Shown: piece by piece, positions 38,042-46,588 of the stretch
How positions within the stretch are numbered: the first letter of the stretch is position 1
Layout of the letters: each line of letters starts with the position of its first letter
Assembly: GCA_018399715.1 (NCBI GenBank)
Contig: JAGYNR010000003.1
Coordinates: forward strand, 831 to 64,830
Reading direction: 5' to 3'
DNA from: Desulfobacterales bacterium
GTDB taxonomy: Bacteria; Desulfobacterota; Desulfobacteria; Desulfobacterales; SKZT01
DNA length: 64,000 nucleotides
The notes under the pieces: model-generated
Seen by the model: the letters and a program-made list of their open reading frames with translations, nothing else
Told to the model about the DNA's origin: nothing
Database searches by the model: none
Program-made: the position numbers and the translations under genes

Positions 38042-40458
38042 AAAAGATAATTGTTTTATTACTGTTTTTGGCGCTAATTTTTTTTGGATTTGCACCGGTT
38101 TCCGCCGAAATTTACGAGGCAAGACAAATCCCATGGTCCGGACATTGGTGGCCGTTTACCGAAGGAGAGCTTGTCAATGGTTATGAAAATGATCAGGAGC
38201 CGCCATTAGCCAAATATGATATGCTGGTATCGGGAACCGCTTATGGTCCGGCGATGAAATACGGTAAACAAAATTTTTACTACCCGTACAAAGACTCCTG
38301 GACAGGGCTTTGTTTTTACTGGGCAATGTCTTCCATTCTGGAGGCAGAGCCCGAACACCGAAGTGTCCATAATAACGTGATTTTTAATATCGGAGATAAA
38401 AAGGGGCTCTTGGCCGCTTTTTATTATAATGCAATTTATGATGCCCATTCCGTTAAAAAGCCGGAAAACTTTCATGCTGTTCTTGAAGACAATATCGCCT
38501 CACAAAGAACTTCTATCATAATGGATTTGGGCAGTTCTGATGAAGTCTGGACTTATCCGGTGTTTAAATATGAAACTACCTTTAATCAAACCGGAGATGT
38601 CCGTCATTATGAGACGACCATTTACTATGCCTCCTATTCCGACCCTGATCAGACGGGAACCATGGTGAGAAATCGTACCTTTTATTATTATTTTCAGCTG
38701 GATGGAGATGTCGTTATTGACAGCGGCTGGGAGAACGGCAGCGGACAAAAACCACCGAAAAGAGCTTATATTCCCCTGGGCAGAAGACCATTGAGCAACG
38801 CTTTTGATTTGGATGCCGGTTTGATTCATGAAATTGCCGGTTCAAAAGACGATCCGTTTCATGGCAATGATTCGTTTGATACCGCATCGCCGATACAAAG
38901 CGGCGGCTATTGCCTGATAGCTTTCAATTCGGATTTTTTCACGATATATTTGGAAAACGGGGACCGGCTGAATATTCACTTAATTCCTGAAATTTCCGGA
39001 TCCGTTACGCTCGGAATTTATAATGCGGATAAGAAGTCGGTGTTGGACTCCACCCGTAAAGATTACCTGGTTTATCAGGCCGATGAAGCAGGCATTCATT
39101 ATCTGAAGATTGAACCGTCCGGAAATGAAAATAATCCGGTTTATGGGCTTTATATTCTTCAGGCGCTTTCCCGTCAGAGCCTTTTTCCGTTGGATCCGGC
39201 CGGGAACTGGATCAACGGTCTGGCTTTATTGCAACCGGACCCGGAACCAGGGCGTGTGATTCTGTCAAGGATAGATAAAAGCGGATTGCCTTTCAAAGGG
39301 AATCTCATCGATATTTTCGGCGTTCGCCGGACCGGAATCTGTGAGGGGTTTAACCTGTCTTCAGCAGCTATGGAAGGATATATCAGAGTTGACTCCGATT
39401 GGCCTGTTCTTGGAATGCAGGCGGTTACCAGCGGCAATTCCTCTTTGAAAGGCAATAACATGTTATCTTTTGACGAGGCTTCGGATGAACTGTTTTTCCC
39501 TCATTTGGCGGTCTCCCTTTTTGCCGGATGGCAGACCACTGTCGGTTTGATTAATGTCAGTCAACAAAAAGAAGAAATTTTGTTGCAGGGATATGACCCT
39601 GATGGGTCGGTTCTTGTTTCTGAATCGATATCTTTGAATCGGGGAGAGAAAAAAGAATTTAATATATCCGAGTCTTTTTTAACAAATGCGGCGAGTATGA
39701 GTGCGACGGTTGATAGCCGGAGAACCTGCCTGCTGGGATATATGGAATATACCAATTATTCATCCTCGGTTCAGGGGTGCGATGTAATTCCAGCAGCATC
39801 GGGACAGGATAGGGGGGAATTGCTTATCGCTCCCGTCGGCTCCTTAAATGGAAATTGGCATTCAGGTGTTGCTGTCATGAATACCGGGTATGAAACAAGC
39901 GAGGTCTTTTTTTCCGCCATGGATAGTCTGGGTGAAACTGTTCAAACCGTTTCCCGGGTACTGAAACCAAACCAAAAATGGGTAAAAGTCCTTGGCGCTC
40001 TTTTTCCCGGGGCGGTTGTTGAAAATATGGCTTCCATTCGGATTGAATCGCAAAACGGTCAGCCATTGACCGGGCTGGTCCTGTACATCTCCGGCTCCGG
40101 AAGGCAACTGGCCGGAATACCGTTGCTTCCGTCTTCCGAAGAGGTATTGTATGTACCACATATAGCGTCAAACAATGGCTGGTGGACAGGACTGGGACTG
40201 ATCAATGCCGGTAAGGAAGAAGAATGGATTTCCTTCTTTCTGTATGATGATAATGGGACGCTTTTAGATACGGTTGAAAAAGGTCTGTTTCCCGGCGAAC
40301 AATTTAATTCGTCTGTCCGGAACCTGTTTAATCCGGATATGGTTGATAGTCCGGGATATATAGAAATTACCGGCAGTGGAAACTGCCCGCTTAGCGGGGC
40401 GTATCTGATAGGTACACAAGATGGTTATAAACTCATGGGCGATGCACTTGCTCGTTAA
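38038..40458 (+). CDS. Secreted multidomain protein: Cys-containing N-domain (possibly transglutaminase/papain-like), PPC-like domain, four FPH-W-T-N modules
   Basis: Signal peptide MKKIIVLLLFLALIFFGFAPVSA. SWTGLCFYWAMSSILEAEP motif. PPC-like GGYCLIAFNSDFFTIYLENGDRLNIHL...GIHYLKIEP...YGLYIL. Four C-terminal modules from about 39175. Confidence 0.7.
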   Translation: MKKIIVLLLFLALIFFGFAPVSAEIYEARQIPWSGHWWPFTEGELVNGYENDQEPPLAKYDMLVSGTAYGPAMKYGKQNFYYPYKDSWTGLCFYWAMSSILEAEPEHRSVHNNVIFNIGDKKGLLAAFYYNAIYDAHSVKKPENFHAVLEDNIASQRTSIIMDLGSSDEVWTYPVFKYETTFNQTGDVRHYETTIYYASYSDPDQTGTMVRNRTFYYYFQLDGDVVIDSGWENGSGQKPPKRAYIPLGRRPLSNAFDLDAGLIHEIAGSKDDPFHGNDSFDTASPIQSGGYCLIAFNSDFFTIYLENGDRLNIHLIPEISGSVTLGIYNADKKSVLDSTRKDYLVYQADEAGIHYLKIEPSGNENNPVYGLYILQALSRQSLFPLDPAGNWINGLALLQPDPEPGRVILSRIDKSGLPFKGNLIDIFGVRRTGICEGFNLSSAAMEGYIRVDSDWPVLGMQAVTSGNSSLKGNNMLSFDEASDELFFPHLAVSLFAGWQTTVGLINVSQQKEEILLQGYDPDGSVLVSESISLNRGEKKEFNISESFLTNAASMSATVDSRRTCLLGYMEYTNYSSSVQGCDVIPAASGQDRGELLIAPVGSLNGNWHSGVAVMNTGYETSEVFFSAMDSLGETVQTVSRVLKPNQKWVKVLGALFPGAVVENMASIRIESQNGQPLTGLVLYISGSGRQLAGIPLLPSSEEVLYVPHIASNNGWWTGLGLINAGKEEEWISFFLYDDNGTLLDTVEKGLFPGEQFNSSVRNLFNPDMVDSPGYIEITGSGNCPLSGAYLIGTQDGYKLMGDALAR

Positions 40459-40482
40459 TATAATATATGAAAAGCTAACGAA

Positions 40483-41592
40483 ATGAAGAAAAGGAAGAAA
40501 CTGATTTTGAGGCAGATAAAAATTCTATTGTATGTGGCGGTATTGATTCTGTTGTTTACCGCAGGAACGGTATTGGCAAAAGAAACACAAAGGTTGAAGG
40601 TTTTTTTTACCGGGGATCTGAAAGGATGGATAGCTCCTGTTCCGAAATGAGGCGGCACCAACTCGGGCGGTCTGGCCCGGGCTTTAACGGTTATGAAAAC
40701 CATTGCTGAAAAAAATGAAACGGTATTACTGCTGGATGCCGGGGGTATTTACCCAACAGAGAGATACTCAAAAAGAACGGCTGAGATCATTACCCGGATT
40801 GGATTTGAAGCCATGGATTATATGAATTATCAAGCTGTTAATATGGGCCTGAGTGATTTTATGATGGGTCCCCGATATCTTCTTGAACTTTTTTCAACAT
40901 CGGCCTTTCCGATACTAACGTCTAATTTGGTGTATAAAGCTTCCGGACTCACCTTTGGGAAAAAATATGTCATCAGAAATATCCGGGGTGTTCGCGTGGG
41001 TATTCTGGGAATTATGTCCGAAGACAACCTGAATGTCATTAAGGACCAAGAATTTACAGACGCTCTTACCGTATTGCCGCCTGAGCCGATTTTGGCGACC
41101 TTGATTCCCGAAGTGCGGCAAAAAGCGGATCTGGTAATTTTATTATCCCAGGCGGGGTTTGACAGTACCTCTCAACTGATAAAAAAGACCTCCGGAATTG
41201 ATCTGGCCATTGTCGGCAACAACAGTCGGGACGAGTTACCCAAATGCGGAGGCAATGACCATCGTGAGACGTATGAAACCGTAAATGGTACCTTGATTGC
41301 CCCGGTTCGCCGGTTGGGCAGGGCGCTTGGATATGTGAAAATCAAGCTTGATCCTGCGGATCATTCAGTGGAGGGGATGGAATTTACAGAGATTGAACTA
41401 AGCATGAATGTTGCCATGGATTCCGGGCTGGAAAGAATCAGTGGTGCGGATATCTATGTGACCGCCATGAAAGAGATGAAGAAAAATGCCGAAAAGGTGA
41501 GAGGGCAATTGGAAAAAGAAATTGAACAGTTTAAAGAATACAGTCCCGAAGAATATTTTAATCATATTCTATCAGAAAAAAATAAATCATAA
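40483..41592 (+). CDS. Secreted 5'-nucleotidase-fold (calcineurin-like) protein with degenerate metal ligands and an in-frame TGA (40648-40650); candidate selenoprotein or pseudogene
   Basis: ATG 40483 is in frame with track ORF 40693-41592. Signal/anchor MKKRKKLILRQIKILLYVAVLILLFTAGTVLA. FFTGDLKG...K-TGA-GGTNSGGLARA...LLLDAGG...NMGLSDF...LLSQAGF...IVGNNS parallels the 5'-NT motif order. Confidence 0.55.
40662..40681 (+). ncRNA. Candidate bacterial SECIS hairpin
   Basis: Stem CUCGGGC/GCCCGGG (7 bp, one G-U). 6-nt loop GGUCUG at +19..+24 after the UGA. Confidence 0.4.
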
Positions 41593-41639
41593 GCAATAAT
41601 ACTCATAAAATGGAAATGGGAAGAAGGAAGGAAAACAGT

Positions 41640-42041
41640 ATGTCAAGATTTCCAATGAAATACGGTTTATGGATTATTATGGTAACCCTGCTGTTTTCAT
41701 GCAGTACTATCAGGACCGAACCCGATGAAAAAACACTTCATGAGAGAGCTGAAAAGCTATGGCAGGCTAAGATGGAAGGTGACCGGGAAACGATTTACAA
41801 TATGAGTGTTGAATCTTACCGGGAAAAAGTTGAGCTGAAAAGATTTCTTCGAGGTCCGCTTATAAATATTATCAGCTTTTCAATTCAGGAGATCAAAACC
41901 GATTTGCCTGATGCACAGGTGACAGTCAACTATCGATTTTCACATCAGGGTTTCGAATTCGATGCAATTGCCAAAGACCAGTGGGTCTGGGAAAACGAAA
42001 ATTGGTATTTAAAAATGAAACCGTTGAATCTGCCGTTTTAG
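41640..42041 (+). CDS. Small lipoprotein, function unknown
   Basis: Lipobox LLFSC|S. AGGAAGGA RBS upstream of ATG 41640. Confidence 0.55.
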   Translation: MSRFPMKYGLWIIMVTLLFSCSTIRTEPDEKTLHERAEKLWQAKMEGDRETIYNMSVESYREKVELKRFLRGPLINIISFSIQEIKTDLPDAQVTVNYRFSHQGFEFDAIAKDQWVWENENWYLKMKPLNLPF

Positions 42042-42070
42042 AAGCATCCGTTGCTGATTGGTATCCTCAT

Positions 42071-42805
42071 ATGCTAAAAGCCTTAAAGGAGATATCCCGG
42101 GGCATTCGGAGCCGGATAACTTTGAAAAAACCGTTGCGCAGGAGATATTACGACGAAAACTATAAAATGTCCTTGAGACAATGGCTGATCCGTCACCAAA
42201 AAGAGATTGTGTTCGACAAGGTGACGTGGATGGGAATGCCGGTGTGGAAAAATATCCTGGATGCCTGGATATATCAGGAAATTATTTACGAAATCAAACC
42301 GGATGTCATCATCGAAATCGGAAGCCGATACGGCGGCAGTACCCTGTATTTGGCCAATCTTCTAGACTTGTTGGATAAAGGAATTGTTATTTCCATTGAT
42401 AAGGACCGTTCCGTTTACCATCTGGAACATGACCGGGTTAAAGTGCTCACCGGCAGCAGTTCGGATCCGGCAATTATCAGCGAAGTAGACAGGCTGTGCA
42501 AGGGTAAGTCAGCTTTGGTGATTCAGGACGGGGCTCATCATAAGGAGCAGGTGCTCGAAGACCTTGAAAATTATTCCAAATTTGTCGGCATTAACAGTTA
42601 CTTTATCGTCGAGGATGGTATTGTAGATCTGTTTCATCCAGGCGATGGACTCGGGTTTGATCAGGATGGTCCGCTGAAAGCAACGGAGGCGTTTCTTAGA
42701 AGACATTCCGATTTTATCTGTGACAAAAGCCGGGAACGCTATTTACTGACGTATAATCCAGGAGGATTTTTGAAAAGAATTTCAAAAAAGGAAGCTGGTC
42801 AATAA
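42071..42805 (+). CDS. CmcI (cephalosporin hydroxylase)-family class I SAM methyltransferase, sugar O-methyltransferase-like
   Basis: WMGMPVWKNILDAWIYQEIIYEIKPDVIIEIGSRYGGSTLYLA block typical of the CmcI family. Start set to ATG 42071. Confidence 0.7.
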   Translation: MLKALKEISRGIRSRITLKKPLRRRYYDENYKMSLRQWLIRHQKEIVFDKVTWMGMPVWKNILDAWIYQEIIYEIKPDVIIEIGSRYGGSTLYLANLLDLLDKGIVISIDKDRSVYHLEHDRVKVLTGSSSDPAIISEVDRLCKGKSALVIQDGAHHKEQVLEDLENYSKFVGINSYFIVEDGIVDLFHPGDGLGFDQDGPLKATEAFLRRHSDFICDKSRERYLLTYNPGGFLKRISKKEAGQ

Positions 42806-42865
42806 TGATACAACTTTTTTACCTATAGGTTTAGAACTGAAAATGTGGGTAACAATTATAATTTT

Positions 42866-45217
42866 TTAAAAGATCCTTTTCTTGTCTTGAATTGCTTGTT
42901 TTAATTTAAATGCAATTCTATATAACAATCTGGATTTCCTTATAAAACGATAAACAGGATCTAAAATTTTTCTCCGGCTTATCGTTGGATAGTATGTTTT
43001 GTTTTTATGGACGTAGCAGAAGGGCGCATCGATTTCAACCGTCTTTCCGATTGAGAAAACCGGCTGACTATACTGGCCATATTTGCAGCGTGCCCTTTCC
43101 ACAGCAATAGCTGCAGGTAAAATTTGGTAACCAGAGCCAGTCTGGACGTTGCCGATGAGTGAAAAGTAAAGCGAAGAATACTCGTCAGCCATTGATGCCA
43201 CGTTTTTTTGACGGATAGCGGCAACACACTGGCACCGTTTCCTGAAATCCGCTTCGTCATAAAGAATGTTTTCGATTTTGCTGGCGAGGCCCTTGGGGTT
43301 GTTCATATTGTTAAAAATCCACCCACCGTTGGTTTCTGAGACACGTTCATGTAAAGCGCCAATAGACGGAACAAGAGCTGGCAATCCCAGTGCCCATGCT
43401 TCGGACAAAGAATGACAAAAGGTGTCCGGGGATAAGTTGGGAAAAAGAGCAAGGGTGGGATTGACAGGTTTTACAATCTTTGGGAGGTCGTCCCGGAAAT
43501 ACTGACCATGATGGATAATTCGTCTATGCAGAGGTCCGGAAATATTGCCGAAAATATGCAGACGGGCGAGGGTTGGTGGCAGTATTTTGGCGAGTCGATT
43601 TAGCGTTTCCAACCCTTTGTTTTTATCTATTGATCCGATTGTAACGATATTTCCCGGAATTGTTAATTCAGGCGAATAACACCAAGTGTCGTTAAAGTCT
43701 CGACCGTGAGGTATAATTCGGAAATCTCGGTTTACAAGTTTCGGATAATTTCGGCAATAAAGATTCCGTGCAAATCTGGATGTCGTTACAAAAGAATCAA
43801 CCTGTTCCAAGAGATGCTCTACCCGTTTTCGCCAGTGTTTAACAAATTTGTTTTTTAGGTGAGGGGGAGGCAAAAACCACCATTTCATCATCGGGCAATC
43901 ATCAGGATCATCATTGCAAACACCTCCACAAAAAACATTTCGGTTATCGATAAGATGGATGGATGGGCAAATAAAATAACCGTCATGAAAAGACAAAACG
44001 ACAGGAATATTTCTTTTCCTGGCCAGAAAAACAATATCGAACGTATGTCCCAGCAGATGGCGGATATGCAGGAGGTTAATGTTATAATGATCGATCACGC
44101 TTTCGACAATTTGTTGATATTCCCGGCCGACATTGTCGATTAACTGTACTGGTTGTTCGAGTTGGAAACAGCCCAAATCAAAACGGTTATCCTCTTCATA
44201 TTTTCGAAATGCCAATTGCTTGCAGTTTGAACACAATTCATAGCATTGGAATTTCGGGGCTAAAGCACGCATCAGATCGATGTTGGTATAATAGGTTCCG
44301 CCGCGGCCAGCATGTGTTACGAACAGGATCGCAGGCCTCTTATGGCCGCCGGAAATGATGACCCGTTTGTTTATAGCCTGCCGAACTCTTTCGCGTACGT
44401 ATCGTAATGGATCGACTTTTATCCAATCCTGTACCATTTTTGTATAATAGGGATAAAGCGAATCGAGAATTTTCCTGTTGCGGATGATCAGCTCATTTTT
44501 CTCATCCGAAAATGTTTTGTTCCCCAAATGGAAAACATAGGTTGCGTCGTCGGCCAGATGCATCCATCCTGCCTCCTTGGCCCGCATACAAAAGTCGTTC
44601 TCTTCTCCATAACCCCGTCCAAAAAGCTTTTCGTTAAAAAAACCTACCTGATTCAAAGCTTCTCTGCGTATGTACATGCAAAATCCGTTGGTGGTTGGCA
44701 CTTCAGGGTAACGCCGTTCCGTGCAGGTTTGAACCAGATTGGCCATAGCTTCGGGATTATAACCGCTGATCAGGGGATTATCAGTGCACATCCGGGGAAT
44801 GGCAAATATAGAACCATAGCTGGTCAAAGGAGAGGCGGAAGCAACTCGCAAATGTGTACTGATACATGCCCGCAAACTTTTCAGCCACCCGGTGGTTACC
44901 TCTGTATCGCTGTTCAACAGGACGACATCATTGGAAGATTGACGCATGCCAACATTGACCGAGCCTACAAAACCAAGGTTTTTGGGGTTGTGGATAACTG
45001 TAATTCGGTGATCTTTCTCCAATGATGACAGATAATGCTGAAATTCTTGATCCGGACTGGCGTCGTCGACAATGGTCAGCTTGAAAGGATAGTTGGTTTT
45101 CGCTAATATACTGGTCACACAACGACTCAGGATTATTTTCCCATTATAGACAGGAATAATGATATCGACTGGATCAACGGCTACTGGAGACAGATTTGAC
45201 ATAATTTTTTCCACCAC
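42866..45217 (-). CDS. Bifunctional GT2 + GT-B (GT4-like) glycosyltransferase, 783 aa
   Basis: IIIPVYNG, VDDASPDQ, LLNSDTEVTTGW, PTTNGFCMYIRR, GYGEENDFCMRA (GT2). Then ILFVTHAGRGGT ... SEAWALGLPALV (GT-B half). Confidence 0.8.
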   Translation of the reverse strand: MVEKIMSNLSPVAVDPVDIIIPVYNGKIILSRCVTSILAKTNYPFKLTIVDDASPDQEFQHYLSSLEKDHRITVIHNPKNLGFVGSVNVGMRQSSNDVVLLNSDTEVTTGWLKSLRACISTHLRVASASPLTSYGSIFAIPRMCTDNPLISGYNPEAMANLVQTCTERRYPEVPTTNGFCMYIRREALNQVGFFNEKLFGRGYGEENDFCMRAKEAGWMHLADDATYVFHLGNKTFSDEKNELIIRNRKILDSLYPYYTKMVQDWIKVDPLRYVRERVRQAINKRVIISGGHKRPAILFVTHAGRGGTYYTNIDLMRALAPKFQCYELCSNCKQLAFRKYEEDNRFDLGCFQLEQPVQLIDNVGREYQQIVESVIDHYNINLLHIRHLLGHTFDIVFLARKRNIPVVLSFHDGYFICPSIHLIDNRNVFCGGVCNDDPDDCPMMKWWFLPPPHLKNKFVKHWRKRVEHLLEQVDSFVTTSRFARNLYCRNYPKLVNRDFRIIPHGRDFNDTWCYSPELTIPGNIVTIGSIDKNKGLETLNRLAKILPPTLARLHIFGNISGPLHRRIIHHGQYFRDDLPKIVKPVNPTLALFPNLSPDTFCHSLSEAWALGLPALVPSIGALHERVSETNGGWIFNNMNNPKGLASKIENILYDEADFRKRCQCVAAIRQKNVASMADEYSSLYFSLIGNVQTGSGYQILPAAIAVERARCKYGQYSQPVFSIGKTVEIDAPFCYVHKNKTYYPTISRRKILDPVYRFIRKSRLLYRIAFKLKQAIQDKKRIF

Positions 45218-46302
45218 AGATGTATATCGATAAAATCTTTTGATTGATGAAACCCCCTTTGTCTCAACTGTTCTCTGATTTTAATATCATGACAGAGTTT
45301 CATAATAGCGCGATAAGCATCATCTGTGGAATCATGTTGATAATAAAAAGCACAATTCTTGCATATTTCCTGCACATACCCAAGGCGGGGGGCGACGATC
45401 GGAAGTCCGCTCTTCATCGCTTCAGTTAAAGTATTTCCGAAAGTTTCTGTTTTCGATGGGTGAAAAAGACAGGTTGCACTTTTGTATAACGCCCAAACTT
45501 TTTCGGGGGGAAGCTCTCCTAAGTTTATGACTAGATCCTCTAGTCCATTGTCCGTCAAGTCCTTCAAAAATTTTCTTGCTTCAGGAGTCTCTTTTTCATC
45601 TACTGTGATAAAAAATTTAATATTTTCTTTGCGCAACTCTTTTTGGAATGTAGTGACTAGTCTGGATAGAAAAGCATGGTTTTTATGAGGATAGAACCGT
45701 GCGATATATAAAACACTGTGATGGGCAGTTGTCTTTTTCATGGTTTTGATGGTATCGTTTCCAATAATTACAGGATTGGGGAGTATTTCTAATTTTTTTT
45801 TATTGCCGAAAACATTGATAAAGTGGTTTCGCATTAAAGGACTCTGCACAATGATTTTGTCTGTGGTTATCAGTGTGGCAAGAAAAAGAATTTTCCGAAG
45901 AATTTCAACAAAGCGGTTTGAAAAGGAAAGGCGGTTAATAAAGTTTTTTTGAACAAGGTAGGAATGACGCAGGTATACTATTTTACGGGTGCTGCAAGGC
46001 AAAGGTGAATAATTAGCCAGCACCAGGATAGCTTCCGGCTGATAATAAGCCGTTAAAAACGGAAATATCCAAAAATCTACAAAAACCCTTGAAAGATAAG
46101 CCCATGGCTTGCTAAAAGCAGGGAAAAAAAAAGTATGCTTTCCTCTCGGCACAGTCAAAAAATCCCTTATCCCCGGTAAAATAAAGAGACATTCGTTGAA
46201 AGATACCGCCGGTAATTCGGTCAGCAGTGCCCGGGTAATTGATAGTGGTCCCATCCCCGTTGTATTATAAGAATAGATCAATAATCGGACTTTTTTTTGC
46301 AT
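45181..46302 (-). CDS. GT4 glycosyltransferase
   Basis: C-terminal TETFGNTLTEAMKSGLPIVAP EX7E-type region. Start set at MQKKVRLLIYSY. Confidence 0.7.
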   Translation of the reverse strand: MQKKVRLLIYSYNTTGMGPLSITRALLTELPAVSFNECLFILPGIRDFLTVPRGKHTFFFPAFSKPWAYLSRVFVDFWIFPFLTAYYQPEAILVLANYSPLPCSTRKIVYLRHSYLVQKNFINRLSFSNRFVEILRKILFLATLITTDKIIVQSPLMRNHFINVFGNKKKLEILPNPVIIGNDTIKTMKKTTAHHSVLYIARFYPHKNHAFLSRLVTTFQKELRKENIKFFITVDEKETPEARKFLKDLTDNGLEDLVINLGELPPEKVWALYKSATCLFHPSKTETFGNTLTEAMKSGLPIVAPRLGYVQEICKNCAFYYQHDSTDDAYRAIMKLCHDIKIREQLRQRGFHQSKDFIDIHLWWKKLCQICLQ

Positions 46303-46463
46303 ATTTCGTTTTTTCTGTAAGAATCCCGGAGAAATAAAAAAGATGAGTTTTATGTTCATCTTCAACACATTAAGATAAAACTAAATATAAACTTTAAATT
46401 ACTATTAAAATACAACATCCATGTCAATCCAAAATTAGAATTGCTGAGTATACATTTGAGTTG

Positions 46464-46492
46464 TTGACCCAATTTGCTTTATTTGGTAATAA
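46464..46492 (+). promoter_or_regulatory. Candidate sigma-70 promoter in an AT-rich divergent intergenic region
   Basis: TTGACC (46464-46469), 17 nt, TAATAA (46487-46492). Confidence 0.3.
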
Positions 46493-46588
46493 TTTTATAT
46501 ATTTAATTATTATTTTGAAGTCAGAAGGAAACGGTATTTACTCAATTTTAATAATCTCCCTATAATATTGTATATAGACGTATATGAG

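Noticed and set aside
40648-40650. Whole-genome reassignment of UGA (code 4/25-like) as the explanation for the two in-frame TGAs.
   Set aside because: Many well-supported genes in the window terminate at TGA exactly where homologous families end (for example 509-511, 2783-2785, 23414-23416, 38039-38041).
41981-42070. 5' extension of the CmcI-family methyltransferase ORF, which overlaps the lipoprotein gene by 61 nt.
   Set aside because: The family-conserved region begins well after ATG 42071. The extension has no start-site support and would overlap the upstream gene extensively.
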